Shown one piece after another: positions 48,495 through 60,273 of a stretch of 64,000 nucleotides of DNA (position 1 is the stretch's first letter; each line of letters starts with the position of its first letter). The stretch covers positions 22,012,001 to 22,076,000 of the forward strand of contig OZ249436.1 in assembly GCA_965235115.1 (NCBI GenBank), given 5' to 3'. This DNA comes from Laetmonice hystrix (taxonomy: Eukaryota). Both the position numbers and the translations under genes were made by a program. The notes beneath the pieces are model-generated. The model searched no databases and was not told the origin of the DNA. It worked only from the letters and a program-made list of their open reading frames with translations.

Positions 48495-51048
48495 CCCATA
48501 TATTGGTAGGTAGGCTAGCGAGTCGCGGCGCTTGCCTCGTGTGCTGCATACTTTATAGCCCGTTATACTACTGTTTCTGACTCTTTCCTACTCTCTATCA
48601 ATTAGAAACCAATAGATTTGTATTTTAGGAGAATATCTGTCTCGATTTTGGGCAGTATCTGTATAAACTCCTCAAAAATAGTGTTTAGGACCGCCTCTAT
48701 CGAGAACTCAGTCGCGACATAAGACGGAACGGAAAGTCTGTTAGCTATAAAAATAGGATTTTCCCACAACCCCCTAGGGAATCCACGACCTGGATTCTCC
48801 CCATCTTCCCGCTAATCTAGGAATCACGTCAACAAGTTGAACACCAGCTACAACAGATAGCTAACACACTTACCGCTAACATTAATCTACCGGCCTAAGG
48901 ATTAGGAAATTACCTAAAGTGCCTTCTATGTTTCGTCAAAGCTAAATTTTCTAGTACTGATGACGTAGACCCTTATTTAGTGCTCAGCCAAGATTATGCT
49001 ATTTAAGTAATAACGAATTTGTTTTCCGAGACCTTTATATTGCTTCCAGTTCCTACCGTCAGAGGGCTTTATGGCCCTAGCGGGAAAACCGTATACTACG
49101 CTGCTTCCTTCGCTGCACGAGGTGGTGCAGCGAAGGAGGCTGATCGACCCTACTTCGCTGCACCACCTCTTGCAGCGAAGGAGTATTAACCGACCTACTT
49201 CACTGCAGTGTGCAGCGAAGGAGGCTGATCGACCCTACTTCGCTGCACCAGGTGGTGCAGCGAAGGAGTACTAACCGGCCTACTTCACTGCAGTACCCCT
49301 TGTCGCAGCTACGTACTTTTCGGCCACCGTAGTACGCAGGTGGCGCTGCGAGGAACGCGTTTCTAAGAATAGACGGGCAGGCGGGAGGGGGATGAATCAA
49401 CTGCAAGTGCAGCGGATCAACCCCAAGCGGGGGAGGATGCGGCCAGGCTGGACTTTCCTTCATAGAAGTGCTGCCGACTGCTTTATCAAAGGCCGGCGTG
49501 TCATGATACATCTGGAGGGGCACGTTAAACATCCTTTGGCACATAAGAGTAGGGGTTCGCCCCGATGGCGGGTTTCCTCCTGTCATTTCATTATTAGCAC
49601 ACAATGGATTAAAGGATTGTTGAAATGGTAGAGTACTCCATGAGTGTGCAGGTTTTAATGTTTGACTGTTGCCACTTGGGAGTTTTAACTAGTCCACTCT
49701 AGCCTTTTTCAATTTTCCTTTTGTACTTAGTTTGCTCTTTACTAAATTGTCTGGCATGTAGGCTTTAGGGTCGGGTGCCAGGGTTATCGTTAAGAGTAGG
49801 TATTGGTTTTTAGAGTCTTTTAAAATTAAAAAAAAAATTCCGTGTGGAGGAACATTACAATGAGTCTATAGACAAAATTTTGCAGCCCTGCTCAAAGAGC
49901 AGGGTAATCTGAAAATATAAAAATATTAAATAGGGCTGGTTCTAAGCGGTTGTCCGTTTGTCCGAGACAACCTAAATGTCCTCCGGACAACTGGAGCCTC
50001 CCATCACAGTTGTCCGCGGGACAACCCAACATTTCTTCTGACTGCAAAACACTGAGTGGGAAGCCAATCGGCGCAGACAAAATACACAAAACACAGTGCC
50101 CGCCAAAAGGGGGTTTGAACACGACTATGGCCCCTCCCCCAGCGCCCTCTGCAGTGCAATTTGGCGCGCAATCCGTTGTCTCTCACTAGGTGGCGCCAAG
50201 ACATTTTGCTCTGACGATCATGTGACCACTGACCGATAGCACGGCCCATCAATTTGAGTATGTAAAGAAAACACCAGCTGTAGATATGTGGTGATCGGTT
50301 CAAAGATTTCGGCCGACGAAACTATGGTAAACCTGTTTTTTTTTCATCCATCGATAGCCTATACTTTTTTTTTAATTATTTTTATGAAGATTTTTTGCCC
50401 CCTGCTCAAACAGCAGGGTAGCCTTTAGAACCTGAAAATATAAAAATACCCTACCTGCCCTTTGTCCTAAAGATTACCTACACACAGGCCTTAGCATCTG
50501 GAATCTTTTGATGGTCTGGATATATGGATCAATTTGACAAAACCAGTGCGGTAAATTTTGCAGCCGTTGTTCAAGTGAGACTGCGCCTCAAGATACTCTA
50601 TTCTTAGCATATTTTGTAATTTGATCTGGGCCATGGCGCAAATTAGGCATTTTTGCTGTGCAATAATAGCAAGCTTGGATACCTTATCTCAGACCTATAT
50701 AGTTAAGAGTAGTTATTGAGTTTTAGAGTCTTTTATAAATAATAATAAAAAAAAAAAAAGATTCCCGTGGGGAGGAACATTACAATGAGTCTATAGACGA
50801 ATTACAATTGCATCCCTGCTCTCAGAGCGGGACAATTGAATAACAAAAAAAAGTGTCCTAAAGCAAATAGATTAAAGCGACATTATCTACAGCCATTTTA
50901 TTTTGTCAGAGAGCAAAACCGCCTGTACACGCCTGGGTAGAGAGTTGCGTATCCATCCATGGTACTGTATAAGTTAACAAAACGACAGGGAATACTATAC
51001 CTGACATAGCAGAGTCCAGACGAGAAGAGAATGACGTCTGAGCACCTT

Positions 51049-51212
51049 GGCCCGGTTTCTCGAAAAAAAAAAATTACGTCTGAGTTTCACTCAAATCTAC
51101 CCAACTCAGGAATCGCGCCAAAATGGAATGAAATGGAAGATTCACACTGGTTAACAACGATTTTTGGAACGCCTGACTCTGACTTGAGTAGATTTGAGTG
51201 AAAAACCGGGCC
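51049..51212. mobile_element. PIF/Harbinger-like MITE
   Basis: GGCCCGGTTT...AAACCGGGCC with internal inverted CACTCAAATCTAC/GTAGATTTGAGTG; flanks CTT/CTG. Confidence 0.6.
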
Positions 51213-51607
51213 CTGTTTTGTACAGTTCTTAAACAATGGGGTTCCATCCACAGCGCCCTCTGACGACGAGTAGAAATGGTGTCGCCACCTGGTGATAATG
51301 AGACAAACGTATTCCGATCGTGCGAAGTCAACGACTTCTCTCTAGGCCCTATGTTGGATTGGATTAACCCTTGCATCTGGTAGATTCGTCTACCGTAACG
51401 GTCGATTTAACATTGGCGTAGAAAGGTGAAATTTTAGGAAGGAGAACGCACAAACACTCTACAGGGCAGTGTATCCAGGCCTGAAGTCAGCTAAAGGTTG
51501 CTGTTCGAGCAATGGTGTGGGTTTAGCCTTTAGGCTGGTACCGTTTTAACTACAAGAAATTTCAGGCAATCTTTTCGATATAAATGGAAAATCAGCCTTT
51601 TAATATA

Positions 51608-53760
51608 GTCAACGGGTAGTCCTCACTACATGTACATGTCCTACCTCCACCTCGTCCACCTCGTCAGGCCTGGCCGTGATGTCCACGGGTAGTCCTCACT
51701 ACATGTGCATGTCCTACCCCCACCTCGTCCACCTCGTCAGGCCTGGCCGTGATGTCCACGGGTAGTCCTCAGTACATGTCCTACCCCCACCTCGTCCACC
51801 TCGTCAGGCCTGGCCATGGTGTCCACGGGTAGTCCTCACTACATGTCCTACCCCCACCTCGCCCACCTCGTCAGGCCTGGCCGTGATGTCCACGGGTAGT
51901 CCTCACTACATGTACGTCCTACCCCCACCTCGTCAGGCCTGGCCGTGATGTCCACGGGTAGTCCTCACTACATGTACATGTCCTACCCCCACCTCGTCAG
52001 GCCTGGCCGTGATGTCCACGGGTAGTCCTCACTACTTGTACATGTCCTACCCCCACCTCGTCAGGCCTGGCCGTGATGTCCTCGGGTAGTCCTCTCTACA
52101 TTTACATGTCCTACCCCCACCTCGTCCACCTCGTCAGGCCTGGCCGTGATGTCCACGGGTAGTCCTCACTACATGTACATGTCCTACCCCCACCTCGCCC
52201 ACCTCGTCAGGCCTGGCCGTGATGTCCACGGGTAGTCCTCACAACATGTACATGTCCAACCCCCACCTCGTCCACCTCGTCAGGCCCGGTCGTGATGTCC
52301 ACGGGTAGTCCTCACAACATGTACATGTCCTACCCCCACCTCGTCCACCTCGTCAGGCCTGGCCGTGATGTCCACGGGTAGTCCCCACTACATGTACATG
52401 TCCTACCCCCACCTCGTCCACCTCGTCAGGCCCGGCCGTGATGTCCACGGGTAGTCCTCACTACATGTACATGTCCTACCCCCACCTCGTCCACCTCGTC
52501 AGGCCTGGCCGTGATGTCCACGGGTAGTCCTCACTACATGTGCATGTCCTACCCCCACCTCGTCCACCTCGTCAGACCTGGCCGTGATGTCCACGGGTAG
52601 TCCTCACTACATGTACATGTCCTACCCCCACCTCGTCCACCTCGTCAGGCCCGGCCGTGATGTCCACGGGTAGTCCTCACTACATGTACATGTCCTACCC
52701 CCACCTCGTCCACCTCGTCAGGCCTGGCCGTGATGTCCTCGGGTAGTCCTCACTACATGTACATGTCCTACCCCCACCTCGTCAGGCCTGGCCGTGATGT
52801 CCACCGGTAGTCTTCACTACATGTACATGTCCTACCCCCACCTCGTCCACCTCGTCAGGCCTGGCCGTGATGTCCACGGGTAGTCCTCACTACATGTACA
52901 TGTCCTACCCCCACCTCGTCCACCTCGTCAGGCCTGGCCGTGATGTCCTCGGGTAGTCCTCACTACATGTACATGTCCTACCCCCACCTCGTCCACCTCG
53001 TCAGACCTGGCCGTGATGTCCTTGGGTAGTCCTCACAACATGTACATGTCCTACACCCACCTCGCCCACCTCGTCAGGCCTGGTCGTGATGTCCTCGGGT
53101 AGTCCTCACTACATGTACATGTCCTACCCCCACCTCGTCCACCTCGTCAGGCCTGGCCGTGATGTCCACGGGTAGTCCTCACTACATGTACATGTCCTAC
53201 CCCCACCTCGTCCACCTCGTCAGGCCTGGCCGTGATGTCCCCGGGTAGTCCTCACTACATGTACATGTCCTACCCCCACCTCGTCCACCTCGTCAGACCT
53301 GGCCGTGATGTCCTTGGGTAGTCCTCACAACATGTACATGTCCTACACCCACCTCGCCCACCTCGTCAGGCCTGGTCGTGATGTCCTCGGGTAGTCCTCA
53401 CTACATGTACATGTCCTACCCCCACCTCGTCCACCTCGTCAGGCCTGGCCGTGATGTCCACGGGTAGTCCTCACTACATGTACATGTCCTACCCCCACCT
53501 CGTCAGGCCTGGCCGTGATGTCCACGGGTAGTCCTCACTACATGTGCATGTCCTACCCCCACCTCGTCCACCTCGTCAGACCTGGCCGTGATGTCCACGG
53601 GTAGTCTTCACTACATGTACATATCCTACCCCCGCCTCGTCCACCTCGTCAGGCCTGGCCGTGATGTCCACGGGTAGTCCTCTCTACATGTACATGTCCT
53701 ACCCCCACCTCGTCCACCTCGTCAGACCTGGCCGTGATGTCCACGGCTAGTCTTCACTAC
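51608..53760. repeat. 73-bp minisatellite (64-bp variants lack one CACCTCGTC), block 1, about 30 units
   Basis: Unit GTCCACGGGTAGTCCTCACTACATGTACATGTCCTACCCCCACCTCGTCCACCTCGTCAGGCCTGGCCGTGAT. Confidence 0.95.
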
Positions 53761-54015
53761 AGTTACATGAGTGACAACAATAAAATGAGTCCAAACAACG
53801 TAAATCCGTTTAGCCTAGATTAGGCCACTTATAGTTACAGGCACTAGTCAGTTAACCTCTACCCGCGATATTTCTACTAATACTGCATCGATTGTCTTAA
53901 ACTTGCAAGACAATAAACTAATATGTTCCATGGAACCTCGCCCATAGTAGGCCTATATGGAGATTTCGTCGCGAAACATTGGCTCTCGGTCAAGAGCTAA
54001 CATAATTCTGCAGTG

Positions 54016-54273
54016 CCTCGGGTGGCCGAGTGGTAGGTGTTGGCTCATGACACCAGTCCTAGGACCATCGCCTCATACCACTGCGGTCCGGGTTCGATGC
54101 CCGGCCAGGCCTGGGCTGCATGTGTGAAAGGTTTGTCAGTCAGCGGTACTCCGGGTCCCTCCACCAAGAAAAACTGACTTTCATCATCATCTTCACCGCC
54201 GTCCTATGACTGAGGCTGTTGCAAGGCGTAAATCCCCAAATACCCACCCACCCATCCAAATAATGAAAAAAAA
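54016..54273 (+). mobile_element. tRNA-derived SINE
   Basis: A-box TGGCCGAGTGG, B-box GGTTCGATGCC, core GGTACTCCGG..CCTCCACC, tail GGCGTAAATCCCCAAA followed by (ACCC)n and an A-rich end. Confidence 0.7.
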
Positions 54274-54540
54274 AGCAATAAAGTTTTAGTTTTTTTCAGA
54301 AGCTGTGTAGTGCCATGTAACCTAGAAGCGGAGTTGACTCAAACAAGCTAGGGCAGCTGTAGTAGTGATTAAGCCAAGTCAACTTAAACTAATTAATTTA
54401 TCTGGAAGAAAACAAAATAAAGAAACATAAGCTGAATCAGCTCAAGTTAAAATTGCTTATTTTGCTCAATTTTATAGTTGCAGCACCGTTCCCTTAATAG
54501 GATTAAGTTGAAACAACATGGCAGGGTTAACTGTTACAGT

Positions 54541-55317
54541 GTACATGTCCCACCCCCACCTCGTCCTCCTCGTCAGGCTCGGCCGTGATGTCCTTGGATA
54601 GTCCTCACTACATGTACATGTCCTACCCCCACCTCGTCCACCTCGTCAGGCCTGGCCGTGATGTCCACGGGTAGTCCTCACTACATGTACATGTCCTACC
54701 CCCACCTCGTCCACCTCGTCAGGCCTGGCCGTGATGTCCACGGGTAGTCCTCACTACATGTACATGTCCTACCCCCACCTCGTCCACCTCGTCAGGCCTG
54801 GCCGTGATGTCCTCGGGTAGTCCTCACTACATGTACATGTCCTACCCCCACCTCGTCAGGCCTGGCCGTGATGTCCACGGGTAGTCCTCACTACATGTGC
54901 ATGTCCTACCCCCACCTCGCCCACCTCGTCAGACCTGGCCGTGATGTCCACGGGTAGTCCTCACTACATGTACATGTCCTACCCCCACCTCGTCCACCTC
55001 GTCAGGCCTGGCCGTGATGTCCTTGGGTAGTCCTCACTACATGTACATGTCCTACCCCCACCTCGTCCACCTCGTCAGGCCTGGCCATGGTGTCCACGGG
55101 TAGTCCTCACTACATGTACATGTCCTACCCCCACCTCGTCCACCTCGTCAGGCCTGGCCATGGTGTCCACGGGTAGTCCTCACTACATGTACATGTCCTA
55201 CCCCCACCTCGTCCACCTCGTTAGGCCTGGCCGTGATGTCCACGGGTAGTCCTCACTACATGTACATGTCCTACCCCCACCTCGTCCACCTCGTTAGGCC
55301 TGGCCGTGATGTCCACG
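54541..55317. repeat. 73-bp minisatellite, block 2, about 10-11 units
   Basis: Same unit as 51608-53760. Confidence 0.95.
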
Positions 55318-55627
55318 TTTATTTTCTTTTTCCCTTTCCTGTGTTCCTGATTGACTTGAACTAAACGATGCGTACCGTTAGGTTTACATTCCGCTAGTTG
55401 TATGAAAGGAATTGACGTGAGCATTCAAACAGGTATGTTTCCTACTGTGCCGTTTTTACAGACGTTTGACACTTTCGTGGGGCGCGAGTGATTACCGTCT
55501 GGGGCAACTGAGACAGGTCGTCCCCTTCTGGGACCTCAGTTTCTTGTGACACGATGATGGTCCATGGGCCATGATCACCATGAAGGTTATCATTCGGGAG
55601 GACCTGCAAACACAAAGGGCGGAGGGG

Positions 55628-56485
55628 CCACACATTTGGGAGGGCCCAGAATCACATACGGTAGGGGGACCACACGTTTGGGAGGGCCCAGAATCACATA
55701 CGGTAGGGGGACCACACGTTTGGGAGGGCCCAGAATCACATACGGTAGGGGGACCACACGTTTGGGAGGGCCCAGAATCACATACGGTAGGGGGACCACA
55801 CGTTTGGGAGGGCCCAGAATCACATACGGTAGGGGGCCACACATTTGGGAGGGCCCAGAATCACATACGGTAGGGGGACCACACGTTTGGGAGGGCCCAG
55901 AATCACATACGGTAGGGGGACCACACGTTTGGGAGGGCCCAGAATCACATACGGTAGGGGGACCACACGTTTGGGAGGGCCCAGAATCACATACGGTAGG
56001 GGGACCACACGTTTGGGAGGGCCCAGAATCACATACGGTAGGGGGACCACACGTTTGGGAGGGCCCAGAATCACATACGGTAGGGGGACCACACGTTTGG
56101 GAGGGCCCAGAATCACATACGGTAGGGGGACCACACGTTTGGGAGGGCCCAGAATCACATACGGTAGGGGGGGGCACACGTTTGGGAGGGCCCAGAATCA
56201 CATACGGTAGGGGGACCACACGTTTGGGAGGGCCCAGAATCACATACGGTAGGGGGACCACACGTTTGGGAGGGCCCAGAATCACATACGGTAGGGGGAC
56301 CACACGTTTGGGAGGGCCCAGAATCACATACGGTAGGGGGACCACACGTTTGGGAGGGCCCAGAATCACATACGGTAGGGGGACTACACGTTTGGGAGGG
56401 CCCAGAATCACATACGGTAGGGGGACCGCACGTTTGGGAGGGCCCAGAATCACATACGGAAGGGGGACCGAGAGGGCCCAGAATC
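55628..56485. repeat. 42-bp minisatellite, about 20 units, with a degenerate tail to ~56690
   Basis: Unit CCACACGTTTGGGAGGGCCCAGAATCACATACGGTAGGGGGA. Confidence 0.95.
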
Positions 56486-58297
56486 GCCAAAGAAACTGGG
56501 ACCTCATATTTGTGAGGGCCCAAAATTACCTACGGAAGTGGAACCACAAATTTAGGAGGGCCGAATTTCAACTACGGAAGGGTGACCACATATACGGGAG
56601 GGCCCGGGTTCAACAATGGAGGGGAACCACACATTTGGGAGAGCCAGTTTCAACAACAGAGATGGGGGGGGGCACATATTCGGGGAGATTGAAAACACTG
56701 GAACATTAGAACAAGAACAGTACGATTAGTGAGACTAACCCAGTTATTATTCAATACTTTCGTTCACAAGAAGAAGGATGTTGCAAAGTTTGACCCTGCT
56801 TGGTCAAGACAAAACAACCTGAAAGCTAGCTTTCGCTTCTTTTTTTCACCGGGTTCTTCTTCATGGTGCACCTATGGATCGAAGCTGATTCCTATGGAGC
56901 CCCGGAGGTGACATGCTGAAAATATTTTTTTTTAATCCGTGCGCACAGATTACTAAACCGTGCGCATGGATTACTAAACCGTGTGGTATCAGTACGTGCT
57001 GTCATTTCGCTAGGATTCGTTACATAAATCATTCCTTCTATGAGAGTTCGGGTAGTCATTTTATTTCAAGCATTATTGCAATTCAATTATAACATCCCCA
57101 TGGTAGGCCTACTGCGGACTATTCAGCATTTGTACCTCAGGCCCCCTTGATAGAAACTTTAACGCTGTGCCAGTGTCTGCACCATTCCTCCGACCTTGGA
57201 CCATCTCAATGCAGGTATCCTGTTACTAATCTTCCCAGGCACAAAGTGATACCACGCCCGTTGACCCTCACCACACCTGATTGCCTCCCATTCTCTGACC
57301 AAATTCCAAATCAAGTGTCGCTGATTGACGTTCAGTCGAGCGTTCCGTTGTTATCAGTATTGGTATGCCAGACACCGAGAGGTCATCGCGATATTTCCGT
57401 TTGACTCGATCCGGGTCTTTGGCCTCGTGTTCGGGACCAATGTGTCAAGACTGTTCGTCCCTCGGATAATGAATGCTTTATTCTGTGTGGTCTCCTCGGT
57501 GGAATACGAGCGGCACATATTGCCTAGTAAGGTGGAAACAGTGCTAAATGAGGTCAGGGTAGTTAACGCCCTGCCCGTTGTACCCCACCGCGGGTTGGTT
57601 AGCCACAGACATGCTGCTGTTGTGGCCTTTAACATGGACTCACAGCGCCATGGGGATACCCGGAAATCAGCACTTCTTAACCTTTCGCTCAGACCACAAC
57701 CAAAATATGATTATTTTACTGAAAGCCTCGCCATATTTTTGAAATTACCTGAAAAACAAAATCTCTTCCTAATGGCTCAGCAAATGTGGATCCTTAAACC
57801 TTCAACACGCAGGAGGAATTGGGCCTTGTAAAATGGTACATGGATTAGATCTGTGTCACATTTTCATATGGATTCTTCACCAGGTTTCCTGGAGTTGGAA
57901 GTACTATTTTTCTCGAGGTTATGTTAAGGAAACAATGTACACTTTTACCCGGTCATAAATCTTACTTCAATGGAACCCAATGAGACCAGAATCTTCAACA
58001 TTGGTCTGGAGACAGAGGAAGAGGTCCTGTGTTGTCTGCCACCAATTTCCGTTTCGCTATACTACTTACAGTGATGATCCCTCGCTTGATTCTACTGAGG
58101 GAACATTGATTTCTGTGCAATAATTCCACGGAATTTATCTCGGAAAAACTATATAAACGATCTGGAATGGCACGGTTTACGATAGCTATGAAATAAGATC
58201 TCTGGTTATTAGTAATATCTAGGGTTTTATCAGCAATATGGAACAGGAGGCTCGTATTGGATGTTTCTATGGGGTTTGCTTGCTTTGTGGCTCAGGG

Positions 58298-59181
58298 CCA
58301 ATCTCCCGGCACTGTTTAAAGAATAAAATTCGCAGATGTCATGTCTATCTGTGACGCTGGCCGCCGTTGTCCGAGGGCAGGGGCAATCTTCACCCTTATT
58401 TACACACGCTTGAACACGGCGAAACCAATCTGAAATAAATTTTCCGATCGACTTAGTCTCATTCGCCTTGATTGGGTTTCGAATCTATTCAAAACTTAAT
58501 CATGCACGACGATCTAATATTTGGCTAACATTTTCACCCGATTCTGGCCGGGCGTTGCCTGCCTGACACCTTTTGTGTGCGAGCAGTGATAGAAAGGGCG
58601 CCAATTGTCGACTAACTTGGCTCCATTCCGACCCCGTGCGATTAGATCTATTTTCAATGGCGGGAGGATATTGGTGTTTATGATGAGTTTGCAGGGCTAT
58701 CGATGTCGTCTGGGCCAAATGGTGCTTTACAGGGCAACACGGGGGGAGGGCACATGGGCAAGTATCGTTTTCTGGACAGTTTTGTCTGTTTGAGAAGGGT
58801 GGGGTGAGGAGGTTGTGTCGGGGTGGGGGCAGGATGGGATAATCCATCTTGATACAGAAGATTAGATAGCGTCGCCTTAATCAGGACGTGGGCCTGGGAG
58901 GGCGGCGACCTGGGTCTGGTCTGATCAGGAGACGGTGTGGGGATTAGTGTGGCAGACGGGTGGGGTGAGGGTTAATAACACAGGGATGAAGATTTAATAA
59001 ACCCCCGTCCTGGAGTAACTGCTTGTCTATACAATGTATTGCCGGGAATAATTTTTTGTATTTTTTAATTACATTAAATAACATTACAACGAATCCCTGC
59101 CCTCGGACAACGGCGGCCAGCGTCACAGAGAGACATGAGATCTGCGAATTTTATTCTTTCAACAGCGCTGAGAGATTGGAT
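58298..59181. mobile_element. Foldback/TIR element with ~85-bp imperfect inverted repeats
   Basis: AAAGAATAAAATTCGCAGATGTCATGTCTATCTGTGACGCTGGCCGCCGTTGTCCGAGGGCAGGG at ~58318 is mirrored at ~59095-59159. Confidence 0.6.
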
Positions 59182-60273
59182 TTGATCGACAACTGTATTC
59201 TACTTATTTGCTTGGGTAGTCTGTTTCAAAATAATCGATTTTTCGAATTATTGCGTACTCTATCCATTATCCACAGTATCTTTTCCCGAGCAGTATAACA
59301 CACATCCCTTCCGTATAAAAGACGGAAGAAAATTCCCCCAATTACAACACGTATAGTATAGATTACCATAGTTTATCAGTTTTCTTGCCAATACTTAACA
59401 TGCTGGTTTTAACCAAACGTAAGGCCTTTCACGTCAAAAAGTAAGTCTCCTCGTCCAAACTGACTGGGCACCCACGAACACTTTACGGTGCTATTGTCTG
59501 TTTATCTTTTTAACAATCTCTATTTCCGACCTTCACAAAGACGTCGCCGCCGCGTTGGCGTGACCTTCCATCCAATCTCCTGACCCGGATATTGACCCGT
59601 GTTGATCCGCGACCTTTTGAGACAGACACCTGCTTTGCGTGCCACTGCGTGCCACTGTTCCCGCCAAGCACGCCGTTTTAGCATCAACCAAAACGGAACG
59701 GCTCCCACGTCGCAGAGAAGCCCGGATGCAGATTCGCAGACGACTTCCGGTCAATTAAAGAGGTTTGAAAATGTCCTGGCCGCTAGGGGCGCTGTCAATT
59801 TAACGGTTTCCTTCAACCTTTGTGCGATATGTTGGCTCTCAAGAATTTGTCTACGACCTGCACACGCCCTAAAGATGATAGCATAGTCTCAGTGGTTTAG
59901 AAAGCCACCGGTTTCGTGGTGAATATCACTTGGGACTTCAGCTGCTATTCGATTGTCTCCTAACCTGCAAACACCTTAATGGGAACGAAGACTAGAGACG
60001 ACAACACAGACATCTCATTCCCCTCGTTTTCCCAACGCTATCTGTCAGTCATAAATGTGAACAAACTCGTGTGGCCAAGTTCATAACTCCATGAAAGCTG
60101 ATTTAATGTTTTTTTATTTCTCCCTCTTCCCTCCCATCAAAGTGTATAGTGTTTGATATTCCTAACGTTCTGAAAGTAGAGAAAGCTAATTTGATTGAGA
60201 TGGTGTACGGTGAAGGTGTAGAATAGATGCCAGCCTCAGTTGCACTGCTCCCTTAAAGAACCGTGACTGTCCA

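Larger units (their letters stand above)
45279..49329. mobile_element. Non-autonomous TIR DNA element (~4.05 kb) with ~100-bp TIRs, TA-flanked, hosting nested insertions
   Basis: TA|CGGTGGCCGAAAAGTACGTAGCT...GGTGCAGCGAAGTAGG at 45279 is mirrored at ~49230-49329|TA, with subterminal CTTCGCTGCA repeats. Confidence 0.75.

Noticed and set aside
44756..54110. Functional tRNA genes at ~44756 and ~54016
   Set aside because: A and B boxes present but no proper cloverleaf; SINE-like downstream sequence.
55492..56709. 381-aa and 305-aa repetitive ORFs
   Set aside because: The 42-bp unit is open in several frames on both strands and single-base indels switch frames, so this is a minisatellite artefact.
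57147..57831. Possible degraded coding sequence
   Set aside because: No recognisable motif; frames are short or interrupted by stops. Needs tBLASTx.
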